Source: a virus (lineage: Duplodnaviria; Caudoviricetes). Taken from it: a DNA stretch of 52,263 bases. Location of the stretch: positions 1-52,263 of the IMG/VR virus record IMGVR_UViG_3300013094_000069. The stretch is one strand, 5' to 3'. The notes below the pieces were generated by a model. The model did not search any database and was not told where the DNA came from. It worked only from the letters and a program-made list of their open reading frames with translations. The translations under genes were made by a program, and so were the position numbers. Below are positions 36,852-46,489 of the stretch, piece after piece (within the stretch, counting starts at the first letter, position 1; the number at the start of each line of letters is the position of its first letter).

Positions 36852-38218
36852 CAAACGAAACTGACTTAGAATACAAACGTAGAGTAATAGACATCAAGTC
36901 TGAATCATTCTGCGGAGCCAAATGGTACAATGCTACCATATGGTTAGGTAGCGGTCAAACTACTAGTTGCCACCATCCCCTGCCTCATGCAATCGATGTT
37001 GAAGAAATCAAAACAAATCCTAAAGCTATTCACAACACGCAGCGGAAAAAGATGGAGCGTGAGCAGATGCAGAAGGGCGAACGTCCCAGTGGATGTGAGT
37101 ACTGTTGGAAAATTGAAGATATGTATAAAGATCCAAAATATGCTGGTGCAGATGTGCCAGTGCCTATTAGTGATCGTGTATACAAAACTGTAATTTATAG
37201 TGATGAAGACTTAGCCTATGCACATCGAACACCTGCATCTAAAGACGTAGACTTGCAGACTTTGGAAATTGCATTTGACCGTACTTGTCAATTTGCTTGT
37301 AGTTATTGTAATCCTGCATTTAGCAGTACATGGGTTAAAGATATCAAACAAAACGGGCCCTATGTTAATCTTGTCAGCGATGGGCGTAATCACTTTACGC
37401 ATCCTCATGATAGCAGTCAACTTTATAAGTACGGACAAGCAAATCCTTATGTGGAAGCATTTCATAAATGGTGGGAATCAGACTTACATAGAACATTAAA
37501 AGAACTACGCATCACCGGCGGAGAGCCTCTAATGAGTGCCGACACTTGGAAGTTAATTGATTGGTTTAAAACTAACCAAGGCAAAAGTTCTACACGTCTT
37601 GCTATTAATAGTAACTTGGGCACTGATGTAGACGTAGATCGGTTACTGTTGGCTATTGACGGTGTTGAAGTAGACTTGTACACTAGCAATGAAAGTTTTG
37701 GATTACAAGCTGAATACATCCGTGATGGTCTTGTTTGGCAAGACTGGATTAACAATGTTGAGAAGTTATTGGAAAGTAAAAAGTTTCGTGGACTGCATGT
37801 GATGTGTACTATTAATGCATTATGCTTGGATTCGCTACCAAACTTTTTAGAAATGATAATGACATGGAAACGCAAATTTGGTAAAGACTCAATTAACTTC
37901 TCACTAAATATATTACGCTTTCCAAGTTTTCAATCACTGACTGTACTATCAGAAAATATACGATTATCATACTATAATAAACTGCATGATTTTTATGACA
38001 GTTATCGGCATACTTCTGAAATGCACGAGTTTGAATGGAATCAATTAACAAGATTGCTTAGTTATATACATGAAATAGAACAAGCACACACTGAAGCAAT
38101 GTCGCAGAGTATTCTGCAACGTGATTTTAAAAACTTTTATATGCAATACGACGAACGCCGAGGCAAAGACTTCTGTGCTACGTTCCCAGCATTAGCAGAT
38201 TGGTATAATAAAATATAA
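36839..38218 (+). CDS. radical SAM enzyme 3
   Basis: CQFACSYC and TGGEP. N-terminal CGAKW..SCHH..GCEYCW. Confidence 0.9.
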   Translation: MPRLANETDLEYKRRVIDIKSESFCGAKWYNATIWLGSGQTTSCHHPLPHAIDVEEIKTNPKAIHNTQRKKMEREQMQKGERPSGCEYCWKIEDMYKDPKYAGADVPVPISDRVYKTVIYSDEDLAYAHRTPASKDVDLQTLEIAFDRTCQFACSYCNPAFSSTWVKDIKQNGPYVNLVSDGRNHFTHPHDSSQLYKYGQANPYVEAFHKWWESDLHRTLKELRITGGEPLMSADTWKLIDWFKTNQGKSSTRLAINSNLGTDVDVDRLLLAIDGVEVDLYTSNESFGLQAEYIRDGLVWQDWINNVEKLLESKKFRGLHVMCTINALCLDSLPNFLEMIMTWKRKFGKDSINFSLNILRFPSFQSLTVLSENIRLSYYNKLHDFYDSYRHTSEMHEFEWNQLTRLLSYIHEIEQAHTEAMSQSILQRDFKNFYMQYDERRGKDFCATFPALADWYNKI

Positions 38219-39534
38219 TGGCCGATAACATAAACGATTACTACAAAGACTACAACTACGGTGCACGTAAACCTATCTATATCGAAGAGGATAAGTTGCG
38301 CCCAGATCAGCTTGATCGATTAATTAAAAGCAATGAGTTTTGTATTATTCCTTGGATACACATGCATGCTTTCCCTGATGGTCGTGCATATCCCTGCTGT
38401 TTAAGTGAGCCGCAACATCCAATTGGTAATCTTAAAACACAAATAATGCGTGATGTTTGGAATGATGAGCCATTGCGACAGATGCGAGTAAACATGCTAA
38501 ACAATCAACCTTGCAAAGAGTGTACTAAATGTTATGAGCAAGAACAATCAAAGTTGTTTAGTATGCGTGAAAGTGCAAATAAAAACTTTGGGCATCATAT
38601 TGGCTTAGTAGATAATACTCAAGAGGATGGAACATACGATGACTTTAAAATCCGTTATTATGATATACGGTTCAGCAACTTATGTAATTTTGCTTGCCGC
38701 ACTTGCGGAAGCATCTTTAGCTCAAACTGGTATGCTGACGAAAAGAAAGCTGGGTGGGATCCACAACATCCACAGGTAATGTATGCCGGTAAAGACAAAG
38801 GAGATATGTGGGAACAGATGCAAGAACATATCCCGCACCTGGAGCAAATATATTGGGCTGGTGGCGAGCCATTGATCATGGAAGAACATTGGAAAGTTCT
38901 TGATGAACTAGTCAAGCGTGAAATGTTCCATGTTAGATTAATTTATAATACAAACTTCAGTGAAATGAAATTCAAAGGACGTGATGTATTTGAAATGTGG
39001 AAACTGTTTGATTGTGTTAGCATTGGTGCTAGCCTTGATGGCAGTTATGCCCGTGGCGAATACATACGTAAAGGACAGGATTGGCAACAAACAGTTGAGA
39101 ATCGTCAACGTATGATAGAGATTTGTCCTAATGTAGACTTTTATGTTAGCAGTACTGTAAGCATGATGAATGTGTTACATATCACTGACTTTCATCGTGA
39201 ATGGGTTGAGTTAGGACTTGTACGCCCAATGGATTGGAATATTAATATTCTACAACATCCGTTTAGGTATCGTGTAGATGTATTGCCCAGCAACTTAAAA
39301 CAACAAGCAAAAGCCAAGCTAGAAGAACACATCGCATGGTTACGCCCTCAAGACTCGCTAACACGAGCAACCAGTGGCTACGAAGGCGTTATTAACTTTA
39401 TGATGGCAAATGACAATACACATCAATTGGGCGATTTCTTTAAGAATAACAATCTGATTGATGGTGTACGTAACGAAGACTTCTTTAGCGTATTTCCTGA
39501 ACTAGTGGAGTTAAAACAATATGCCACTGCCTAG
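38218..39534 (+). CDS. radical SAM enzyme 4
   Basis: CNFACRTC and AGGEP. N-terminal CIIPW..PCC..ECTKC. Confidence 0.9.
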   Translation: MADNINDYYKDYNYGARKPIYIEEDKLRPDQLDRLIKSNEFCIIPWIHMHAFPDGRAYPCCLSEPQHPIGNLKTQIMRDVWNDEPLRQMRVNMLNNQPCKECTKCYEQEQSKLFSMRESANKNFGHHIGLVDNTQEDGTYDDFKIRYYDIRFSNLCNFACRTCGSIFSSNWYADEKKAGWDPQHPQVMYAGKDKGDMWEQMQEHIPHLEQIYWAGGEPLIMEEHWKVLDELVKREMFHVRLIYNTNFSEMKFKGRDVFEMWKLFDCVSIGASLDGSYARGEYIRKGQDWQQTVENRQRMIEICPNVDFYVSSTVSMMNVLHITDFHREWVELGLVRPMDWNINILQHPFRYRVDVLPSNLKQQAKAKLEEHIAWLRPQDSLTRATSGYEGVINFMMANDNTHQLGDFFKNNNLIDGVRNEDFFSVFPELVELKQYATA

Positions 39535-40735
39535 TACCATATGTATGTTACCATGGGTAAGTATTGAAACTAGTCCATTGGGTACTACTAGGCCCTGTTG
39601 CTTGGCCAATGATGAAATTGTTGATGAGTCAGGACATAAGTATGATCTAAGCAAAACAGATTTATCGACAGTATATCACAGCAAGTATATGCAGGATCTG
39701 CGTAGACAATTTCGTGCTGGCGAAAAACCTGCTACTTGCAATCGTTGTTGGGAAGAAGAATCGGCTGGACGTACTAGCAAACGAATGAATAGCCAAATAC
39801 GATTAAAAGAATTATACAAGAATGTAGATTGGTATAATGATAACCCGGATCAACTTTGGTTTGTTGATTTAAAACTAGGTAATATTTGCAACTTGAAATG
39901 TCGTATATGCGGGTCTTGGTCTAGTAGTAAATGGGCCGAAGAAGAAATGAACTACATGCCCAACGACTTTGATAAGAAAAAACATCTTGCATATACTTGG
40001 TTAAAGCAAGGCGCATGGCCACGCAAGACTGAAACGTTTTGGGATAACATGCGAGCATTATTGCCTAACATACGTTACCTTGAGTTTACTGGCGGTGAGC
40101 CGTGGTTAATACAAGAACATTGGGATTTGTTACAGTACGCAGTTCAAACTGGTGATTCAAAACACATTGATATTCATTACAATACCAATGCCACACAAAA
40201 TCCAGAAGATCTAGATGCTGATGTATGGAAAGATTTTGGCCGAGTTGACATTGCTTTTAGCATAGACAATGTGGGTGCAAGATTTGAATATGAACGATAT
40301 GGTGCTGATTGGGAGTTGGCCAATAAGATTATAGATTATGTTCATTACTCGCAACATGAAAACCCCAACATCACCACACAGTTGTGTTTTACCATCAACA
40401 TACAAAATGTCTACTACTTGGATGAATTATTGGCCTGGGCTGATACTAAAGGGTTTGGTAGTGTATACTTCAACATGTTACAGAGTCCAGAACGTATGAG
40501 TATACAACACATGACTCCAACTGCACAGGAGTTGGTCCTGAATAAATTAAAAACTACATTTTGGACTACAAATCAGTACCAACAAGAAATTGACAACGTA
40601 ATTCGTTTTATTGAAAATGGTACAGGCAGTGACGGTGTAGAGTTTTTAAGTAGAATGAAACAAACTGATGCGTATCGTCAACAAAACTTTGCTGATACAC
40701 ATCCAGAAATAGCACGGGCAATGGGATATGAGTAA
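39521..40735 (+). CDS. radical SAM enzyme 5
   Basis: CNLKCRIC and TGGEP. N-terminal CMLPW..PCC..TCNRCW. Confidence 0.9.
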   Translation: MPLPSTICMLPWVSIETSPLGTTRPCCLANDEIVDESGHKYDLSKTDLSTVYHSKYMQDLRRQFRAGEKPATCNRCWEEESAGRTSKRMNSQIRLKELYKNVDWYNDNPDQLWFVDLKLGNICNLKCRICGSWSSSKWAEEEMNYMPNDFDKKKHLAYTWLKQGAWPRKTETFWDNMRALLPNIRYLEFTGGEPWLIQEHWDLLQYAVQTGDSKHIDIHYNTNATQNPEDLDADVWKDFGRVDIAFSIDNVGARFEYERYGADWELANKIIDYVHYSQHENPNITTQLCFTINIQNVYYLDELLAWADTKGFGSVYFNMLQSPERMSIQHMTPTAQELVLNKLKTTFWTTNQYQQEIDNVIRFIENGTGSDGVEFLSRMKQTDAYRQQNFADTHPEIARAMGYE

Positions 40736-41807
40736 ACCTGTTTTTAATACAACTTGGATACAACCTAAAAAGCCAGATAACTTTGATATAAAGGATCATG
40801 AGTTACTATTTAAACAAAGAAATTATTCATTGCCACTGGTTAAAACACATATAACCAATACATGCCGAGCACCGTTTAATAATTTAGCTGTTGATAATAA
40901 AGGCCGTGTATTCAATTGCAAATGTTCCGGGCATGTTCCCTTTGTTGCTGGGTTAGCGACAGATTTTAATACATTCGAAGAAGTTTTTAATTCGCCAATG
41001 GCATTAAAAAATCAAGAATCTGTTACTAAAAAAGAATTTGAATATTGTGCAACTGATGTATGTGGGATTGAAGCAGGTGATATTATTGCCAAGCCCGGCT
41101 ATATATATCTAGCACTTGAAATTGATCACAGTTGTAATTTTTCTTGCCCTAGTTGTAGGGAACGTATGATTTTTATAAATGATTCCGAATTACTTGATAA
41201 AATAGCAGTTTACACAGATAGAATTTCCCAATGGATTAAAACAACTGATAAACTTGTGATTATTGAATTCTCTGGTGGTGAACCATTTGCAAGTTTAGTT
41301 TATTCAAAATTAATATCAGAATGGTTAACATATAAAAATGTAAACATGAATATAAGGACCAATGGATCGTTAATAAAACAAAATTTATCTAAATTAGTTG
41401 ATTTAGATAATATGATAGAAAATATAACATTGTCTATTAGTATAGATGCAGCATCCAAAGAAGTATATGAACAAGTACGCCGTGGCGGAAAATGGGATTC
41501 TTTATTACAAAATTTAGAATACGTAAAACAGTTAACTATAAAATATCCATCATTAAAAGTTGCGGCATCATTTGTAGTACAAAAAGATAACATCAATGAC
41601 ATGATACCATTTGTAAAATTTTGTAAGGATTTTAATATAACCCCGAACTTTACACCATTGGAAGATTGGGGTACATGGCATAATTATCATGATCATTGTA
41701 TACACTTACCATCCTCGCCTTATTATCGGCAATTTTTAGATATAATTAACGAATTGAAACAAGTTTGTTCACAATCTAATATGTTAAGGTTGTCGGCATT
41801 TATATGA
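40728..41807 (+). CDS. radical SAM enzyme 6 (divergent subtype)
   Basis: CNFSCPSC, SGGEP and ISIDAASKEVYEQVRRGG. N-terminal CRAPF..NCKC..YCATDVC. Confidence 0.85.
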   Translation: MSKPVFNTTWIQPKKPDNFDIKDHELLFKQRNYSLPLVKTHITNTCRAPFNNLAVDNKGRVFNCKCSGHVPFVAGLATDFNTFEEVFNSPMALKNQESVTKKEFEYCATDVCGIEAGDIIAKPGYIYLALEIDHSCNFSCPSCRERMIFINDSELLDKIAVYTDRISQWIKTTDKLVIIEFSGGEPFASLVYSKLISEWLTYKNVNMNIRTNGSLIKQNLSKLVDLDNMIENITLSISIDAASKEVYEQVRRGGKWDSLLQNLEYVKQLTIKYPSLKVAASFVVQKDNINDMIPFVKFCKDFNITPNFTPLEDWGTWHNYHDHCIHLPSSPYYRQFLDIINELKQVCSQSNMLRLSAFI

Positions 41808-42592
41808 TAACAATTTGTTTTAATAATTTAATAAAATTAAATATTGACATAGAATCATCTATGCTTGGAAGAAATTATGTAAATTTAATTCGTAAAAATT
41901 ACAATAAATCATTGCCGGTGTATCGAGACAAAATAAAGTATGATAGCATATACTTGTTAAAATTAGCTCAACAAGCTAAAGATGCGTTTGGTTGGGATTG
42001 GGCATTACCTGAATATGATTTATCAGTAATACCTGCGTTACACAGAGATCTTGAAAAGTTGTTAAGTAAAACAGGATTTAGTAATGTTCCTGCAAAATAT
42101 GATAATTTACTACACGAATTGCATTATTGTTTACACATTGTACAACACCCAGACAAAGTTCACACACGCATAGGAAATTTACAAATAGAATGGTTTAATG
42201 ATTCAGGTTTTCCTCTTCCATATGATTTTGAATTTAAAACAGAATTAAAGTTTGGAGATTGTTTATTACAAAATCCATATGTTGGTCACGGTCCTGTACA
42301 AATTGATAATGAAAATGATTGGGACAGCATCGACCAAACGTGCAGATTTCATGATTTTGTTAAACCTGGTATAGTTATATACACTGGACCAAATTACACA
42401 ATAGATAAGCAAAGCATATTAAATAAATTTAATCAACATAATCCTAAGTTTGTAAATAAACACACTGAGCAAACTATTTTGCATTACACAGGAGTTCCAG
42501 TTATTGGTCAAGTAAGAAACATTAATGATCTTATTAATATTGTTGAATATCCTGTTGCGATTGAATTAACCGACATAACATTTGATGAATAA
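41804..42592 (+). CDS. hypothetical His/Glu-rich protein, paralog of the 43894 protein
   Basis: LHRDLE...LHELHYCLH...FGDCLLQNPYVGH aligns by eye with the 43894 protein. Confidence 0.6.
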   Translation: MITICFNNLIKLNIDIESSMLGRNYVNLIRKNYNKSLPVYRDKIKYDSIYLLKLAQQAKDAFGWDWALPEYDLSVIPALHRDLEKLLSKTGFSNVPAKYDNLLHELHYCLHIVQHPDKVHTRIGNLQIEWFNDSGFPLPYDFEFKTELKFGDCLLQNPYVGHGPVQIDNENDWDSIDQTCRFHDFVKPGIVIYTGPNYTIDKQSILNKFNQHNPKFVNKHTEQTILHYTGVPVIGQVRNINDLINIVEYPVAIELTDITFDE

Positions 42593-43901
42593 ACCTGACA
42601 CACTATGTATGGCTCCTTGGGTACATACGTATCTGAGCCCACAAACTGAACGCAGAATGTGCTGTGCGTCTCGAGAGCCTGCACAAAATTTTCAACAGTA
42701 TATCGACACCAGCGCCGGTTCTGGCAAGTATATACCTATCACTCTGGACGAACATTGGAACGGTGATCACATGCGCTCCGTTAGAAAACGCATGATGGCC
42801 GGTGAAACCCTGCCCGAGTGCGAAGTATGCAATGATAAACTGTTAAATACCAGCGTTTACCGTAGTTATTTTAATCAGTTGTTTGGACATAAGTATGATA
42901 GTATAGCAGAAACTACAGATGAAACAGGCTACACAACAATGCGACCTGTAAGTTGGGACTATCGGTTCAGCAATCTCTGTAACTTCAAGTGTCGTATGTG
43001 TGGAGACATGTTGAGTAGTGCCTGGGAGACAGAAGAGCGTCAACATAAAATGATTGATTACACAAATCCAAAGAACAATTGGATGCAGCCCGAAGTCAAG
43101 CAACAAATTGAACAGTTTCAAGACACCCAAGTAGAGCAGGAGTTTGCCGAAGCTGTGGAACAGCATCACATCGAGGAAGTTTACTGGGTAGGCGGCGAAC
43201 CGTTGATGTACGAGCAACATTGGCACTACATGCAACGTATCATTGAACTGGGAGATGGACCGAATGTTTACGCTAGATATAATACTAATCTTTCCCGTAT
43301 TACTTATCGTGGTATTAATTTGTATGCTGATATCCTTGGTAAGCTACGGGATTGGCAAATCTGCGCAAGCCTCGACGGAACAGGCAGAATTGGAGAATAC
43401 ATTAGAACAGGTCTCGTCTACAATGAATGGCTTGAGAACTTCACTGAAGGAATTGCGCATTCGACTCATCATAGACAGATGCGAATCGACTTCACCCTTA
43501 CCTTGCCGGGAATGTTTGAAGTTGAACGGATTGGAAGATTGTCCTCAACCCTCGCCGTACAAGTTCTGGCGAAAGTGATTTTTAGTTTTAGTCCGGACAT
43601 AGTTATGTCGCCGTTAGCACTACCTAGAGAATTATTACATTCCTGGGTAGATGAAATATTGGATGACCACCCAGGGGGTATTAACCATGTACCTGATAAC
43701 AGTCCCTTACGAGACATACTTGTCCAGCTAAAAACTAGACCAACATTTGCAGAACAATGGCCTGACCAATATAAATCTGGATTAATTCGTGGTAAAAAAC
43801 GTATATTAGAGCTTGAACGAATTCGTCGAGATGTGTATACTATGAGAGATATACTCGCGGAACGTCCGCAAGTTTTAGAATGGTGGGATTCTATTGAATA
43901 A
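42585..43901 (+). CDS. radical SAM enzyme 7
   Basis: CNFKCRMC and VGGEP. N-terminal CMAPW..MCC..ECEVC. Confidence 0.9.
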   Translation: MNKPDTLCMAPWVHTYLSPQTERRMCCASREPAQNFQQYIDTSAGSGKYIPITLDEHWNGDHMRSVRKRMMAGETLPECEVCNDKLLNTSVYRSYFNQLFGHKYDSIAETTDETGYTTMRPVSWDYRFSNLCNFKCRMCGDMLSSAWETEERQHKMIDYTNPKNNWMQPEVKQQIEQFQDTQVEQEFAEAVEQHHIEEVYWVGGEPLMYEQHWHYMQRIIELGDGPNVYARYNTNLSRITYRGINLYADILGKLRDWQICASLDGTGRIGEYIRTGLVYNEWLENFTEGIAHSTHHRQMRIDFTLTLPGMFEVERIGRLSSTLAVQVLAKVIFSFSPDIVMSPLALPRELLHSWVDEILDDHPGGINHVPDNSPLRDILVQLKTRPTFAEQWPDQYKSGLIRGKKRILELERIRRDVYTMRDILAERPQVLEWWDSIE

Positions 43902-44955
43902 AGTTCAAGTTGTATTACGAAATCCGTTAAACAAGTCTAGTCAAACGGATTATACCATCACGGTTGAAGATTCGGAATTAGGCAAATTGTGGCATACAGC
44001 ACTTGTAGATCTACTTGCTGGTGCAAAACATTTAGAAAAGAACTTTTGCTTTTTAGGATTTCCTGATAGTGTAAGAGATTTAAATTTTATATGCAAAGAA
44101 TTAAAATGGGCAACTGATCAGATAAATGGGTTTTTTGAACCAGAAGAGTATCGCATTAGTGAAAAATTTACTCCAGAAACTCTACGACCTGATGGATTAA
44201 ATCCCAATCAAGACTTAATGAATGAATTACACAATCATTTTGAACATCTACAAGGTACAGTAGAAAATTTAAGTGAATGGTATAAACGTGCAGACCACGA
44301 AACTAAGTTTGCTATTAGACAATTAAATAATTTATGTCATGAGGCCGAAAGTCTCATGTTGAGCCAACGTAAAAAAGTACAGGATCCAGTTTGGATTAGA
44401 CCTAGCCAAATTACTACATTCTTAAATGCAGAACGTTTTGAATTTCCACTAGAGTTGCGTAGAACATTTGATAAATCAAGATATGATAGAAAGTTTGGTC
44501 ATGTATATCTACATTGGACACAAATAGGTAAAACCATTTATGAAGTGTTCTGCGACGAAAACGGAGCAGACATAGATCAAACAGTCTGCGATGCAATAAC
44601 TCATTTAAAATACTATAGCGGCGAGTTTGATATTGAGTGGGGTCGAGATACAGTTTATTACGGCAAGACGCCATGGCATCGAGAAAGAATGGATAAGTTT
44701 GGTGATTGGTTATATAAAAATAATTTTGATCCCAACGATCCTGAATTTAATTATGGATACCACGAAATAGGGCAAGTAGAAAATTTAGGAACACCAGAAG
44801 AAACTTGGGTAATGTTAAGCGAACATTCGGATATATATAAAATTTCAGCAGGTGGTAAAACAGCAGTATTTGATTATTCGTGGGCGGATAATCATTATGA
44901 TAAACAACAATTAGCAAGATTGAAACGCGGATATGATTATAGTAGCAGGGGGTGA
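43894..44955 (+). CDS. hypothetical His/Glu-rich protein
   Basis: NELHNHFEHL...RQLNNLCHEAE...FGHVYLHWTQIGKT. TTG start overlapping the previous stop. Confidence 0.65.
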   Translation: MNKVQVVLRNPLNKSSQTDYTITVEDSELGKLWHTALVDLLAGAKHLEKNFCFLGFPDSVRDLNFICKELKWATDQINGFFEPEEYRISEKFTPETLRPDGLNPNQDLMNELHNHFEHLQGTVENLSEWYKRADHETKFAIRQLNNLCHEAESLMLSQRKKVQDPVWIRPSQITTFLNAERFEFPLELRRTFDKSRYDRKFGHVYLHWTQIGKTIYEVFCDENGADIDQTVCDAITHLKYYSGEFDIEWGRDTVYYGKTPWHRERMDKFGDWLYKNNFDPNDPEFNYGYHEIGQVENLGTPEETWVMLSEHSDIYKISAGGKTAVFDYSWADNHYDKQQLARLKRGYDYSSRG

Positions 44956-45757
44956 TAGTTTTATACACGGTAGCGAACTAAAAGATCAAAAACCGACTAT
45001 TTTTAGTAAGTTCACTATTCCAGCATTGTTGGCAAAGAGTGTATCGGCTGATTATGTATGTGTGGCCGAACCGGGCAATGCTAATAACGCAATAGCACGT
45101 CAGGTAATGAATGCATGTGAGCAATATAAAGGACAGTCGCTGTTTGTATTTGTAATGTGGTCATTTACTCACAGATATGAATTTAGATTTAATTATGATA
45201 CTGGACGCAGAACATCGCCTTGGTATAGTTTAAATTTGTGGGATATAGTAGACAACGTTGCAAGTTTAAAAAAACATTTTCATACATTTGATCCAGTGGT
45301 ATTTGATGATCATGTAAACAATAAAAAAATTTTAAATAACAGCGGACTCACTGAGTTTGTGAAAACTTTTTACAAACATGTTGGCAATAGTGAGTTTTAT
45401 GAAAATTATACAAGCTACAAAGAAATACTTTTCCTGCAACAATATTTAAAATTAAATAATATTCCGTATATGTTTACCTCAGCAGATTTAGATTTTCAAA
45501 GTAGTTTGAATTATCAACGACATAAAAATGATGTAAACATGTATACACTTTATAATCAAATTGATTGGGGCAATTGGTTTAGCTTTGCTCCTGGAGTCGG
45601 GAACAATCAAACAGAAATGCCTAGGGGATTTTATCAATGGGCAGTAGAAAGCAATTATCCATTGGGTACTACTCATCCGTTGGAGCAAGCACACGCAGAT
45701 GCAGCAAATTTAATGCAAGGAAAATTTAATGAATTGGTTAAAAAATCTATACAATAG
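44933..45757 (+). CDS. SGNH/GDSL-family esterase or acyltransferase-like protein
   Basis: N-terminal GGDSFIHG, PGNAN and C-terminal THPLEQAH. Confidence 0.7.
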   Translation: MIIVAGGDSFIHGSELKDQKPTIFSKFTIPALLAKSVSADYVCVAEPGNANNAIARQVMNACEQYKGQSLFVFVMWSFTHRYEFRFNYDTGRRTSPWYSLNLWDIVDNVASLKKHFHTFDPVVFDDHVNNKKILNNSGLTEFVKTFYKHVGNSEFYENYTSYKEILFLQQYLKLNNIPYMFTSADLDFQSSLNYQRHKNDVNMYTLYNQIDWGNWFSFAPGVGNNQTEMPRGFYQWAVESNYPLGTTHPLEQAHADAANLMQGKFNELVKKSIQ

Positions 45758-45830
45758 AATTCTATTGGAAATACGTTATCGTAAAAAGTTAAAAGAACTA
45801 CGTAAAAGAGATCCCTTTATTTACAAATGA
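45729..45830 (+). CDS. small basic 33-aa peptide MNWLKNLYNRILLEIRYRKKLKELRKRDPFIYK (absent from the ORF track)
   Basis: Exactly fills the gap between two SGNH genes. AAGGA lies upstream, and the TGA overlaps the next ATG (ATGA at 45827-45830). Confidence 0.75.
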   Translation: MNWLKNLYNRILLEIRYRKKLKELRKRDPFIYK

Positions 45831-46489
45831 TTAAAAACATACTAACAATCGGCGACAGTTTTACTTACGGTGAAGAACTTAAGGACCGCTATCAAGCATG
45901 GCCCTATAGACTTGGCGATATGCTTGGTGCCGGGGCAGTTAACCAAGGATTGCCTGCTGCCAGCAATGACAAAATACTACGTCTAACAATAGAATCGATT
46001 GTAACAGAACCTGATGTTGATCTAACAGTAATTGCATGGACCAATTTGGGACGCAGTGAACATGCTGACGAATTTGGGTACTACGATGTTTGGCCTGGAT
46101 ATCAAGGAAATTTATTTAAATTAGATAACAGTGAGTGGAGAAATGATTTAGTATCATATATAAGTCAGTATCATAATCCACAGGCTATGTATAAAAAATT
46201 TATACAACAAGTATTGATGTTACAGGCATTTTTAGAAAAGCGTGGACGTCGATATTTAATGCTAAACACATTACAAAACGAATACTATAAAAAAAGAATT
46301 TTTCCCGACGATCAACAATTTTTTAGTATGATTGATCAAGATAAATTTATGGGATTCAATAAAAGTGGAATGGCAGAGTGGGTAGGGGACAGTCCAAAAG
46401 GACCAGGCGGTCACTTCTTGGATCAAGGGCACAGAATCGTAGCAGAAAAAATATATGACCATATTAGGCATCTCGGCTGGATTTCATGA
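45827..46489 (+). CDS. SGNH/GDSL-family protein
   Basis: IGDSFTYG, NQGLPAASN and C-terminal GHFLDQGH. Confidence 0.75.
   Translation: MIKNILTIGDSFTYGEELKDRYQAWPYRLGDMLGAGAVNQGLPAASNDKILRLTIESIVTEPDVDLTVIAWTNLGRSEHADEFGYYDVWPGYQGNLFKLDNSEWRNDLVSYISQYHNPQAMYKKFIQQVLMLQAFLEKRGRRYLMLNTLQNEYYKKRIFPDDQQFFSMIDQDKFMGFNKSGMAEWVGDSPKGPGGHFLDQGHRIVAEKIYDHIRHLGWIS

Noticed and set aside
34364-43901. 7-deazaguanine (QueE), MoaA or NrdG-type assignment for the radical SAM genes
   Set aside because: No FolE/QueC/QueD/DpdA, Moa or NrdD partners are in the window, and the N-terminal Cys-motif architecture differs.
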